Source of the DNA: Negaprion brevirostris
Taxonomy: Eukaryota
Reading direction: 5' to 3'
Length of the DNA stretch: 64,000 nucleotides
Assembly: GCA_030324005.1 (NCBI GenBank)
Contig: JARDVH010000084.1
Span: 86,271,719 to 86,335,718 of the forward strand
A model generated the notes under the pieces. It ran no database searches. It saw nothing but the letters and a program-made list of their open reading frames with translations, and was not told where the DNA came from. The position numbers were made by a program, and so were the translations under genes. How positions within the stretch are numbered: position 1 is the first letter of the stretch; every line of letters starts with the position of its first letter. Below, piece by piece: positions 51,074-62,577 of this stretch.

Positions 51074-51145
51074 AGGCACGAACGGGAGTCGAACCCGTGA
51101 TTTTTGGTTTACGAGACCAACGCCTTGCCACTTGGCCATCGCACC
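51074..51145 (-). tRNA. trnat-cgu: tRNA-Thr(CGT), intact cloverleaf
   Basis: Reverse complement GGTGCGATGGCCAAGTGGCAAGGCGTTGGTCTCGTAAACCAAAAATCACGGGTTCGACTCCCGTTCGTGCCT; all stems pair (two G-U in the acceptor stem); A and B boxes present. Confidence 0.9.
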
Positions 51146-51559
51146 CACACTACTTATAGAACCGCGATCCTCTAAAACCGAGTATTCTAAACAGATTGCG
51201 ATAAATCGAAAATCGGTCTTGCTTCAATTATCCCAGACTTTAATGAGAAAATAGAAAGTCGCAATTATTAAGTCTTTATCGGCAGAACAAAATATTTGCT
51301 TCTGTACTGCTAATAGCTCACATGACATGACTTAAACGATAAAAAGGACAATTCAACAAGAAGAGTGAATAAAACGGGCTTTTTGTTACTGGAGGTTGGA
51401 AAAAAAAGGACATCTGGAGAAATGTTTATTCAGTTGTCTATATGTTTTAAATACACACACATATATGTATTGCACTTTCACATGCATATATTCAAACATA
51501 TCAGCCAGAAGGATTTCAGCGGTGAAAGGGTGAGTATATTTCAGTCTGAAAGCGACAGG

Positions 51560-52300
51560 CTTGGTTTGACCAAGGATGAGACGGAGTGCAGAAAAGAGAC
51601 AGAGAATCTGGTGAAAAGGTGCGATGACAGTAATCTCTTCCTTCATGTCAGTAAAACGAAGGGGGTGATCATTGATTTCAGGAGGACATGCCGTTTTCCA
51701 GATAAACGGCGATGAATTGGAAATTATCCAGGGCTTCACAATTCTTGGTGTCCAGATCACCAACAACATATCCTGGCCGCGACAAGCGGACCATAGGTAA
51801 GAAAGTCCACCAACGTCTGTAATTTATCAGGAGGCAAAGGAACTTGTGCAGATCGGCTCCGTCTCTCATCAGTTTTCACAGATGCACAATAGAAAACATC
51901 CTTTCCAGATGTATCACAGCTTGGAATAGCTCCTGCTCTAACCAAGACGCAACAAACGAAAAAGGATTGTGAATGGAGCCCAGTCCATCACGCAAACAAG
52001 GCGCCTATGCATTGACTCCGTCTATACTTTCCGTGGCCTGGGAAAAGTACCCATCACAATCAAGAATTCCACGCACCCGAACATATACTCTTCCACTTTC
52101 TTCCGGCGGGAAAAATATGCAAAATTCTGAGCTCACATGCCAACAGATTCAAGAACAGTTTCGTCCCTGCTGCCATCAGACTTGAATGGACGTATCTTAT
52201 TTTAAGTTGATCTTTCAATAACCCCTCACTATATGTGACACCACATTCTGCATACCCTCCTTCTCCCTTATGCACGCAATTTTACGGGATGATTGGTCTG
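51560..52300 (+). mobile_element. Rex1/Babar LINE 3' fragment
   Basis: DETECRKETENLVKRCDDSNLFLHVSKTKGVIIDFRR, followed by the 3' UTR. Confidence 0.75.
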
Positions 52301-52579
52301 AAACAGTCCAAGATAAATGCAAGCTGTCCGCACGCAAAGTGCTCAAGCAGTTAGAAATGAGAGGGAGATGAAGAGGCAGACAGAGGGAGTGAGTGGGCGT
52401 GTTTGTCAGAGAAAGATGGACAAACAGACTGAAACAGAGAGATAGTTCGGCCGATAAGCCCGATAGCTCAATAGATGGCTCCATCGATAGATAGATCGAT
52501 GGGTCGCTCGATAGATAGATAGATAGATAGTTAGATATTAGCCGGAAGGCTTTCGGGGTAAAAGGGTTAAATCTGATTT

Positions 52580-53335
52580 GATTTGACCAAGGTTGAGACG
52601 AAGTACGGACAAGAGGCAGAGACTCTGGCAAAACCATACGGCGACAGTAATCGTCCCCTTCATGTCAGTAAAACGAAGAAAGTAGTCATTGAACTCAGGA
52701 GAAATACCCCTGTCCACATCAACGGTGACGCAGTGAAAATTGTCCAGTGCTTCACGTTTCTCGGCGTCCAGATCACCAACAATCGTCCCTGGCCCCTCTA
52801 AGTGTATTATAGATAAGGAAGCACACCAACGCCTCTACTTTCACAGGAATCTAAGGAAATTCGACAGGTCGGCAGCGACTCTTACCAGTTTTTACAGATG
52901 CACAATAGAAAACATCCTTTCCAGATGTATCACAGCTTGGTATTGCTCCTGCTGTAATCAAGGCGCAACAAATGACAAGGGATTGTGGACGTAGCCTAGT
53001 CCATCATATAAACAAACTTCCCATGCATAGACTGCGTCTATACGCCCCGCTGCCTGGGAAAAGTAATCAACACAAGCATGGATTCCACGCACCTGGATAT
53101 ATTCTTTTCCACCTTCTTCGGTGGGACAATATGCACAATTCTGTGTTCATGTACCAAACGACGCAAGAACAGCTTCTTCCCTACTGCCATCAGAATTTGA
53201 ATGGACGTATCTTATATTAAGCAGAGCTTTCTCTACACCCTAGCTATGTGTAACATTACATTTTGCACGCGCTCATCTCCTTCTCCCCTATGCGCGCTAT
53301 GAACGGCATGCTTGTTCTGTATAGCGCAAGTAACA
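52580..53335 (+). mobile_element. Rex1/Babar LINE 3' fragment (paralog of 45400-46160)
   Basis: LHVSKTKKVVIELRR.TPVHINGDAVKIVQCFTFLGVQITNN; AHQRLYF.RNLRKF...RCTIENILSRCITAWY. Confidence 0.75.
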
Positions 53336-54102
53336 GTGAGGAATCCAAGAGAAATGCAGTCTGTCTGGACTCAAAATGCTCCAGTAGACAGAAACCAGAG
53401 AGAGGTAACGAGATGAATCGGCAGAAAAAAGAGAGTGAGTGAGCGTGTGAGAGAGACAGAGGACAGACAGACATTTAGAGCCAGAGAGAGAGCTAGAAAA
53501 CTAGATAGCCAGCTAGATAGCTAGCTAGACATCTAGAAAANNNNNNNNNNNNNNNNNNNNNNNNNNNNNNNNNNNNNNNNNNNNNNNNNNNNNNNNNNNN
53601 NNNNNNNNNNNNNNNNNNNNNNNNNNNNNNNNNNNNNNNNNNNNNNNNNNNNNNNNNNNNNNNNNNNNNNNNNNNNNNNNNNAGTACAAGAGTTCTATTA
53701 TGCTAAATATGCCGCTTAGATGGATTGGACATGCTAAATTGTTCCATAGAATCCAAAAATGTGTAGAATAAGGGGATTAGTGGAATGAATATGTGGGATT
53801 ACGGGGTGTGGCTGTGGAAGGGCAGGAGTAAAATGGTCTGTTGGAGTGTCGGTCTATACTCGAATCAGCGCTGCAGCGATTTTATGATTCTCAATTATAA
53901 TATCGCTGCACTGCTCTCAGCTGGCTTATTGAACACCCCCGAAACTTAACTGCCAATTGTTTTTTTTAAAAAATATATTCCTCAATTAGAAAGGACGTTA
54001 TCTTGCCCTGCAGGAAATTCTGATCCACCCTGAAATGTTGCTTCACACTTCTGGACAAGTGGCACAGCAGCGATCACAGCGAATTGCAATTGATGCTGTG
54101 GC

Positions 54103-54175
54103 GTCGTGATTGGGAAAGCGGTTAATTTTCCACATTGTGGCCGCAGTAAACTCGGCTCGAATCGGAGTCATGTGC
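54103..54175 (+). pseudogene. tRNA-His(GTG)-derived pseudogene
   Basis: Near-identical to 46883; ...ATTGTGGCCGCAGTAAACTCGGCTCGAATCGGAGTCATG. Confidence 0.72.
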
Positions 54176-54896
54176 TGCAGCCTTTTCCTCACTATGCTAC
54201 TAACTGTAAAATGGGCTGCTGAGAAAAGACTTCATTGCATTCCGGTATGCATGCTCTTAATGCGAACAACTTTTAGTTATGAGATGTTCGAAACTGCACA
54301 GTTCAAATCCACCGCTTACCTCAAATTTGTCTTCCTTGCACCATCAAGCCGCCTTTAGTCTTCTCCGTCACTGTGTTTGTCACTTTTGCTGCGGAATTGC
54401 CGAATCTACGAATCATTTCATATAATTACGTCCTTAAGTTTGTTTTACTGCCGTCGCTGAGAGTACGTGCGCAAATCTGACCATGATTGTCCCGAAACAC
54501 TTTCGGTCAGTGTGACTGTCAAGCAAATAAGTGCCTCGAAATAAGTAATTACTTCGGAATTGCAGTGGTGGGATTTCTCACGACTTTCCTTTCGTAAATC
54601 GAATAAAAAATTCAATGAAATGAGTCTTCGATCAATTGCAAATGGAATCTCTGTACGCTCGTCTACCGAGTCGTTGCGCTGTAATCAAACAGTTAATGTG
54701 CCTAACCCATCTTCTGCGTTGAAATATGGAACAAATGCATGAAAAGAAAAACAGCTGGTATGCGACTTGCTCGACGCGAGCCAGTTTCGCCTGACGGAAA
54801 TTTCTTTTGAATGTCCGTGTAAGGTGTAGCAGTTTGCACGGAATCCTTCGTTGGTATACGATGTAAGACATATACAAATGCGTTGCAACTACACTG

Positions 54897-54968
54897 AGGA
54901 ACGAACGGGTATCGAAACAGGGATTTTTCAATTAGGAAACAAACGCCTTGCTGTTTGGCCACCGCGCC
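54897..54968 (-). pseudogene. tRNA-Thr(CGT)-derived pseudogene
   Basis: Reverse complement GGCGCGGTGGCCAAACAGCAAGGCGTTTGTTTCCTAATTGAAAAATCCCTGTTTCGATACCCGTTCGTTCCT, 72 nt. Confidence 0.75.
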
Positions 54969-54974
54969 CACCTG

Positions 54975-55125
54975 CCAAAAGGCTCCAGCCCAGAAGATCC
55001 TGGTCAATCTGTTCTGCCTCCTTTCCAGTGCAACCACCTCCTTCCTAAGGCACAGCGACCGAAGCTGCACACGTTACTCCAGCTGACGAGCATTTGAACT
55101 ATTTCATCATGCTTTCCCTACTCCT
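54975..55125 (-). mobile_element. CR1 LINE fragment
   Basis: Minus strand LE*RVQLRS..LRKEVVALERRQNRLTRI (compare LEYCVQFWSP.LRKD..ALE.VQRRFTR). Confidence 0.65.
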
Positions 55126-55806
55126 ACACCAAGAGAAATAAATTCGTTTGCTCCTCTACGATCATCACTTTCTCAACACCAAGAACACTGTTCAATTGTT
55201 CAGCTGGTGCCTGAAATGTGTTCTCTTCAGATAATTCTGCATATATTTACTGTTTGGACATAATGGGTTGCATTATTCCTTGCGCTTTATGTGGCAAACC
55301 TCAGCACATACAGACCCTTGCCACTCTTCTTTCTAAAGCCTCTTTGTTTCCTAGTGCCTCAACTTTAACATACACAAAGTAGAAAAATAATTTAAATAAG
55401 TTGAATTTAACTAAATTATTAATATGTCAAACAGTTTCATTCGTGTCGTTCAAAAATGTAGTTAGTGTCGATCTTTGGATTCGTTTGTCAATTTTATGAA
55501 AGTACTGCAAGATGGTCTAACATATTTGCGCTGTGAATCAGATGTGCTGGCAACAGGCAGAAATTAAGTCAGTGAGCACTTGCCTACATTTTCACAGCGG
55601 AGTCAATGTTCCCACAGACAGATGTACAGAGTTATGACTATTTTCCTGTTGCGCAAAAATAATTCGAGAAGGAGTACCCATCCTAAATACAGCCAATTCC
55701 TGATGTTTTGTTGCATTTCCAGTCGCTTGTTTCTGACTGCCATCGTAGTTGCATAATGCGCAATGCTTACTTGAGCTCAATGCGCAGAGTGGGACAATGT
55801 AGTACT

Positions 55807-55878
55807 TTGTCCTTAGTATCGTGGTTCATGTCGCCGGTTAGCACGCGGGAGACGGGGCTTTAATCCCCCGACGATGAG
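55807..55878 (+). pseudogene. tRNA-Asp-derived pseudogene
   Basis: TTAGTATCGTGG...CACGCGGGAGACGGGGCTTTAATCCCCCGACGATGAG; Asp cassette flanks. Confidence 0.72.
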
Positions 55879-56629
55879 TTCATCGTAACTTTAATATGTC
55901 AGATTGTGCATTTGCGATCGCTAGCATTTTAAAGTGGATTAATGACTCTCAAGTCAAAAAGTCTTCCGAAATGCGAACCTTTACATGCGTTGGACACTTT
56001 TCGTCACTGCAGATCAAACTTTTTTCAATTCATCAACATTTTACTCACCTCTCATGTGGACATGCCGGCGTTGGAATGGCGGGGATAGAATAAGAAATCT
56101 CACAAAAAAACAGCTTAAAGTCCAACAGGTCCATTTGGAATCACGAGCTGTCGGGTTGTTGCCCCTTCTCTAGGTGAGCGGAGGGACGTTTACATCACGG
56201 CATCGTCAGGCCAAGACATAGTCGCAAAATAACTACCAGTTGGATTGTGAACAATGGTTAGGATGTCGGTCTTTACATTTAATTCAGTTTCGACAGGTAG
56301 ACAGTGCGACTGAGAAGAGGGGCAATCACAGGATAAGACATGTGAATTGTTTAATGCGAGTGCAGTTAGTAAGATATTGTAAACCCGGACAGCCTGTCGA
56401 GGGCTTGGAGTCGTGTGACTTGAAGCCAGATCCCGGATGAGGCCTCCCTCGAGCAAGTAAAATTTGCCTGTCAGTTTCTGCTTGGCCATTCTGCCTTGTC
56501 ATGTGTCACAAAGGCTGCCTTGGAGAACGCTGGAACGAAGATGGGATGCTAAATAATCGACACTGCGGTAGAGTTCCTCGAACAGAAAGTGACACTATTG
56601 CCTAGCCATTCACCACACGTCGCATATGC

Positions 56630-56701
56630 TCTCTGGTGCTGAGGTATTTGGGATTCGGCGCTTTGAGCACCGCAGCCCTGGTTCGATTCCCAATCAGGGA
56701 A
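56630..56701 (+). pseudogene. tRNA-Glu-derived pseudogene
   Basis: TCTCTGGTG...GGATTCGGCGCTTTGAGCACCGCAGCCCTGGTTCGATTCCCAATCAGGGAA; B box intact, A box lost. Confidence 0.78.
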
Positions 56702-57749
56702 TGCTGTTTTATTTCCCAAAACAACTGGTCACATCACATCGGGCTCTGGAGGAGAACTTATTTCATCACTTATTTTCATAACGTCCAGCAGCCTACTGTA
56801 TAATAAATTAAATGTTTGTAAAGTTGCCAACTGTAATTGGGATCTCCGGACAACCTGATAAGTGTCCCAACTCTCCGCGTTTCCATTATTTGCTTGAGCT
56901 CAGTGTTGGGATAGAAACAAATGATGAAATAATGGTCTGCCATTATCCGATGGGATAAATTGGCTTCCTTTTCCGCTGCAGGCATGACGTGTTTCTATGT
57001 TTCAGAAAGATAAAATCCGTGTCCACATCACGGAATGTAGAGTTTTAGTTGAGCAATTTAAAATTATCATTGGAGAATCAGAATATCTAAACGACGACTT
57101 CAAGATTTTAAAACCAGTTTGGAATGTGGCTTCATTTTTCAGTGGCTGGCAAAGGAATGCATGAATATGATGTGAATTGAGGCAGCATTTATCAAATTAA
57201 TCTACATCAAACAATTAAGGAGGTGACCATTGCTGGAGAAAAATAATCTTTCCATAATTGTATGCGATTAGGAATGATGATTTTAACGAATCTGCAACTA
57301 TACCACTGTGAGTACAAATGAAAGTCATCAAAAAAAACTCAGCTGTTCGCACTTTGGGACTTCCACCGATTTGGGGGACAAAATCGAATTTCTCGCCATT
57401 AATAGAAACAAAATACCGCAGATGCTGGAATCAGAAAGAACAAACAAAAATGCTGGAACATATCAGCAGCTCTGACGTGATCTGTTAAGAGCTGCTGAGT
57501 ATGTCCAGCATGTTCACATTCGTAGACATGTCATATTTTTTCCAAAATGAAAAAGAACATGCAAGCGCATCTTTCGACCTCCACGTTTTTGATGTTTTCA
57601 TGCGTCCCATCAATCTCTTTACTGCTAATCAACGAGACTTTGTTTGCCCCACTAAATGGCATTCGGTAATCGAATAAAATGACACATCTCGGCACAGTTG
57701 AGTTGCGCATCTGCAACGATAATGCAATGCGTGCGTGCACTCAATGCGC

Positions 57750-57820
57750 ACGTTGGTCGTATAGGCGTAAGTATCCCGTTCTATCACGCTGGAGACCGGC
57801 GTTCATTCCCCGACGGGGAG
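57750..57820 (+). pseudogene. tRNA-Asp-derived pseudogene
   Basis: GTATAGGCGTAAGTATCCCGTTCTATCACGCTGGAGACCGGCGTTCATTCCCCGACGGGGAG. Confidence 0.75.
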
Positions 57821-58550
57821 TTCATAGTATTTTAATGTATCAAGTTCTACTTTTGCTGTCGCCAACATTTAAACGCCGAAATAATGACTCTCGGGTAAAC
57901 AAAAAGCTTGCTAAAATGCGACTCCTACAACGTGCGTTGGGCACTTTTCGTTGCTGCAGATCAAACTTTTTTCAGTTCATCAACATATGACTGACCCCTG
58001 ATGTGGAGACGCCGGCGTTGGAGTGGCGTTGAAGTGGTTTATTTGGAAACACGAACTTCGGCTTTCTGCCCTTAAGGAGATGAACAGAGGAATGTTCACA
58101 TCATGGCATCGTCAGGCAAAGACACAACTGCAAAATAATTAACCTTTGGATTGTGAACAATTGTTAGAATGCGAGTCTTAACAGGTTATCCAGTTTTTAA
58201 ATTTGCAGACAGTGAGAACGAAGAGACGGATAATCACAGGTTAATGATGTGTGAGTTCTCTAATGGAGTACAATTAGTAAAATAATGTAAATACGGACAG
58301 CATGGTGGGCGTTCGGCGCATTGAGACTTGAAGTCTTGATCGCGGTTGAGGCGTTTCTCAATCATTTCGAACTTGTCTATCAACTTCCGCTCTGCTATTC
58401 TGAGTTGCCGTGTGTCATAAAGACTGCCTTGGACAACGCTGACCCGATGATTAGAGGGTGAATATCCTTGATTGATGAACTGTTCCCCAAATGACAANNN
58501 NNNNNNNAAGCAGCATTTCCGTCTGGCGACTCCCGACTTCTCACGTGCGC

Positions 58551-58622
58551 TTTCTGGTGTTTTACTGTTTCGGATTCGGCGCTCTCACCGCCGAGTCTCC
58601 GGTTCACTCCCCATTCTGGGAT
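58551..58622 (+). pseudogene. tRNA-Glu(CTC)-derived pseudogene
   Basis: GGATTCGGCGCTCTCACCGCCG anticodon arm intact; D and T arms decayed; Glu 3' flank follows. Confidence 0.75.
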
Positions 58623-58881
58623 TGTTTCTTTCATTCCCAAAACAACTGATCATATCACATCGGGCTGTGGAAGAGAACCTGTCTCATCACCTTTTTGTTA
58701 GTAAAGTCGTTAGTATCGCACCCCTCCCATTTATTTACAAAAACATACCCTCTCTGCCTCTCACGCTCAAGCAACACAGAGAAAAACGAACTTGCAGAGT
58801 ATAATCCTGTGTGGTAAGAGGCATGTTGTGGTGGAAAAGCGCCCAGATAAATCGTATCATGCATAACTTCTTTACGTAAGA

Positions 58882-59368
58882 ATATAAGAACATACGAACT
58901 AGGGGCAGGAGTAGGCCATCTGGCCCCTCTATCCTGCTCTGCCGTTCAGTAAGATCATGGCTGATGTTTTTTGTGGACTCAGTTCCACTTATCCTCCCGC
59001 TCACCATAACCCTTTACTGTTCAAACGTGTATCTATCCTTGCCTAAAAAACATTTAGTGAGGTATCCTTAACTGCTTCACTGGGCAGGGAATTCCACAGG
59101 TTCTCAACTCTTTGTGTGAAGAAGGTCCTTCTCAACTCAGTTCTAAATCTGCTTCCGATTATTTTGAGGCTATGCCCCCTAGTTCTAGATTCACCCGCCC
59201 GTGGAATCAACTTCCCTGCTTCTATCTTATGTATTCCTTTCTTTATCTTACACTTTTCTATAAGATCTCCCATCATTCCTCTGAATTACAATGAGCATAG
59301 ACTCAGTCCACTCAGTCACTCCTCATAAGCCAACCCTCTCAATTGCGGAATCAACCTAGTGAATCTCC
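58882..59368 (-). mobile_element. CR1-clade LINE 3' end (relatively young)
   Basis: RFTRLIPQLRGLAYEE; GESRTRGHSLKIIGSRFRTELRRTFFTQRVENLWNSLPSEAV; tail TTCGTATGTTCTTA; ends at a gap. Confidence 0.9.
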
Positions 59369-60000
59369 NNNNNNNNNNNNNNNNNNNNNNNNNNNNNNNN
59401 NNNNNNNNNNNNNNNNNNNNNNNNNNNNNNNNNNNNNNNNNNNNNNNNNNNNNNNNNNNNNNNNNNNNATGGCCATGACAATAGTTTACTGGGGCAATGC
59501 AGCCAATGCTAACCGACATAAAAGTAAGAGCTGTAAGGTTGTTGCAAGACAACCTGGGAACATCTGTAGAGGGGTAAACCGAGTTGCCGTTTAAGTATAC
59601 GTTGGTTCTTAGGTTTCCACATTTTAAAAACAAATTGTTTTCAATTCAGATTACCATGACCCATAATTTGCTGATCGGTGCATTTTGACGTGCATGAAAT
59701 TCTCCGTGTCGAAGTCGCCAGGCAATGAACAGGAAAGTCCCGCCGTGAATAACATGCACGAATAATAAAACATGTTGGAAATACGCTAAAAAGCTGGTAA
59801 GCTATGTTAGATTTAGATGTGACGTTCCATCCAAGAAGTTCATAATTGAGAACTTTTTCAATCAGCAGCCAATTGTTTGAAATTTAAAAAAAATTGCCAT
59901 CGATCCCCTGGCCGAGATGCAGAGTACTGTCTTTTAATTACATGGTTCCGTGGGCGTATGAAGTCTTCTGCAAATCGCACTATATCAAGCCATTCCTAAT

Positions 60001-60072
60001 GCCGTGACCGTGTAGTCGTTAGCACTGTGGGTTGTGGCCGCAGCAGCCTCGTCTCGAATCGGAGCCACGGCA
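60001..60072 (+). pseudogene. tRNA-His(GTG)-derived pseudogene
   Basis: GCCGTGACCGTGTAGTCGTTAGCACTGTGGGTTGTGGCCGCAGCAGCCTCGTCTCGAATCGGAGCCACGGCA; G18 and the T-stem/B box damaged. Confidence 0.85.
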
Positions 60073-61461
60073 ATTGCTATTTTAAACATCTGTCCCCCTG
60101 CTACTCATGCTCAAGCAACGAAGAGAAGAATTGATTTGCAAAAGGTAATCATATTTCACCAGCACAGCGTTCAATCATTTACATATTTAATGCTTCCAGA
60201 CATGTTTCTGATGCCGCGGAACTCAAATGCACAACTGCGCCCAGATATTTGCCCTTTCGCATTTAATAATTTCCTTAATTTCGCTCCCACTATTTCACCC
60301 TATTTTCCTGTGACATTACGTTACTGTTTCAATCTCTGCGATCCATGCTCAAACACCACAGCCAAGAAGCAATTGGTAGAGGGGAATCGTTTGCGGGGGT
60401 CAGGTACATTTTCATGGAGAGATTCTCAGACACAAAAATAATCATTTTTATATCGAGTTCTGATGCTCTACGGTGCTCCTCAATTCAAATGCAACTCTTC
60501 GCCATGATTCCCCCTATCGCAAGCACAGCATGTCTTTATTTCGACCCTTCCATTCTATTCTCATTTTCCTGTGACATTGTATCATCTCACATTTTGGCAA
60601 ATACAGTGGAGTTTTGGTTGCTACCATATCGATTGTTGGGGCTACTTGGGGCCTATTCAAACCCATCTTGATCCGTGCTTTGAATTTACTGGACGAGAGG
60701 CATCTCGGTATATGTGAGCCAATGTAGCCAAAATTCTGGAAGCGTCTTCACTGACTACGGCGATCATATCATTTTACTTGGAATGCAGTAGTGCAGGCAA
60801 TATTAACAGCTGTAAAAATGGAAAGAGCGGGAAAAAAACGTTGCAGCTTTGGGTTCATCTGTAAAGAGAGAATCGACGTTAGTCTTAATATTTTCAGAAA
60901 CACAAACATTAAAGTTGATACCTGAAAGTGTAAGGAACGCAGCTGTGTGAGCGAAATCTCCAGACTGGAATCGAAATCTTTAGTTTGCCGAAATGAAATT
61001 CGAGGCTACGTGACGATGATTTTCAGGGAAAGGATACGACGCGGACCCACAGCCTTTGAACAGCTGCATTGGTACCATATAGATACATCAAAGACAAAAT
61101 TATTTGCGCCACTACGATAAATGACTAAAGTGCATTTATCTTTCTACTCAATTATACGTCGTGAGGTCAACAGACAGTGATCACGAAACCCCTCTCGTGC
61201 CTAACATGCACAAAAAAACAGAATATGCTGGAAGTACCCAACAGGTCTGAAAGTATATATGGAGAATTTATTCAACGATCTTTCTCCGAACGGGTTATGG
61301 TGGATTCAGGTTTTCAGTCAGCAGTCATCGGTTTGAAAGCTGAAAGTATTCGGCTCTGTTAACTCTGTCAAACGGTTGAGGAAGCAGTCCTCCAGTTGCG
61401 GGGCTGAGTGCACGCGAGCGGTTCCTCAGTCAGGGTCGGTGTGGTACCAGCGTTCTGTGGT

Positions 61462-61533
61462 GTTGTTATGGGGGAATAGGAAGTATGCTAATTTGTGGCC
61501 GCAGCAACCTCGGTGAAAATCCGAGTCTCAGTT
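61462..61533 (+). pseudogene. tRNA-His-derived pseudogene (3' half recognisable)
   Basis: TTGTGGCCGCAGCAACCTCGGTGAAAATCCGAGTC; flanks paralogous to the 18332 copy. Confidence 0.7.
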
Positions 61534-62577
61534 GGAGTTGTTTAAAATATTTGACATATGGAACGCAGAGAAGAAAAATTCGCTGAGCACAACATTTTTT
61601 TTGACGGTACAAATCTCCATCAGTCACATATATATTCCGTTCATAAATATGTTTCTGATGGTACGCGGGTCAGACGCATACCTCAATAATGATTGCAATT
61701 ATATTCCCTTGGCAGACCTTTTCCTAAGAAACACGTTGTTTACTTCCTCCTTTTGTACTAAATTTGAGGCAAAACGCAACAGAAAGGGGGATAAAATTGG
61801 ATGTTATGGATGACATGACAATTGATGATCATTTTAATTTCTACTAAAGTTAGAGACAAGTCCGAGCCTGATTCCCTCATGAAAAGGAAGTCTTAATGTT
61901 TGTACGGCAGCAAAATTCGTTCGCTGAGAATTCGTGAGATCTATTCAACTTTCCAAATCTCCTGCAAGAATTTCTGTGTATTTCAGCAGTTTCTGTTTCT
62001 CGTTAAGGTCGCCAACGCCTCGCAGTTTATGTAGTTTGTGTAAATGAAGTTTCAGGATATCTGACCGTGTCTTCCCAGGCGGAAGGGCGTGATGTTTGGG
62101 GGGTGGGGGTGGGATTGTGTTGGTGGGGGAGACTCTTTGCTTGGGGCGGGCGGGCGGGAGGTAGTTGTGAATCTGAGCCGTTCCCACGGTTTTTGAACAC
62201 TCGCATTAATAACTTCCGCATCTATCGAAGACAGACTATTTGGAGATTCATTAAACGAACGATTTTGTAACGTATTCGTACTTCTTCTCAATTCTCCGCT
62301 TTGAGGACAGCAAGCGGTGAACAGGGAAACTGCCATGTCTGATGTGCTCCCACATGCTGGAAGTACTGCAAAATTTGTAAGGAAATATGAAGAGAAAGCA
62401 AATGAATTCCATCTGAACGGGTTATTATTGAGATCGATTTTCTCTCAGCCGCCAAATGATTAAAATGTGAAGCGATTCCGCTGTGACAAATTGCCCAGAT
62501 GGGGAGCGAGTGTCCTCCAGTGCAGGGTTGATAAGACACACGGGCAAGAACAAAAATGTTCGCAAGCTTTGTGTGGT

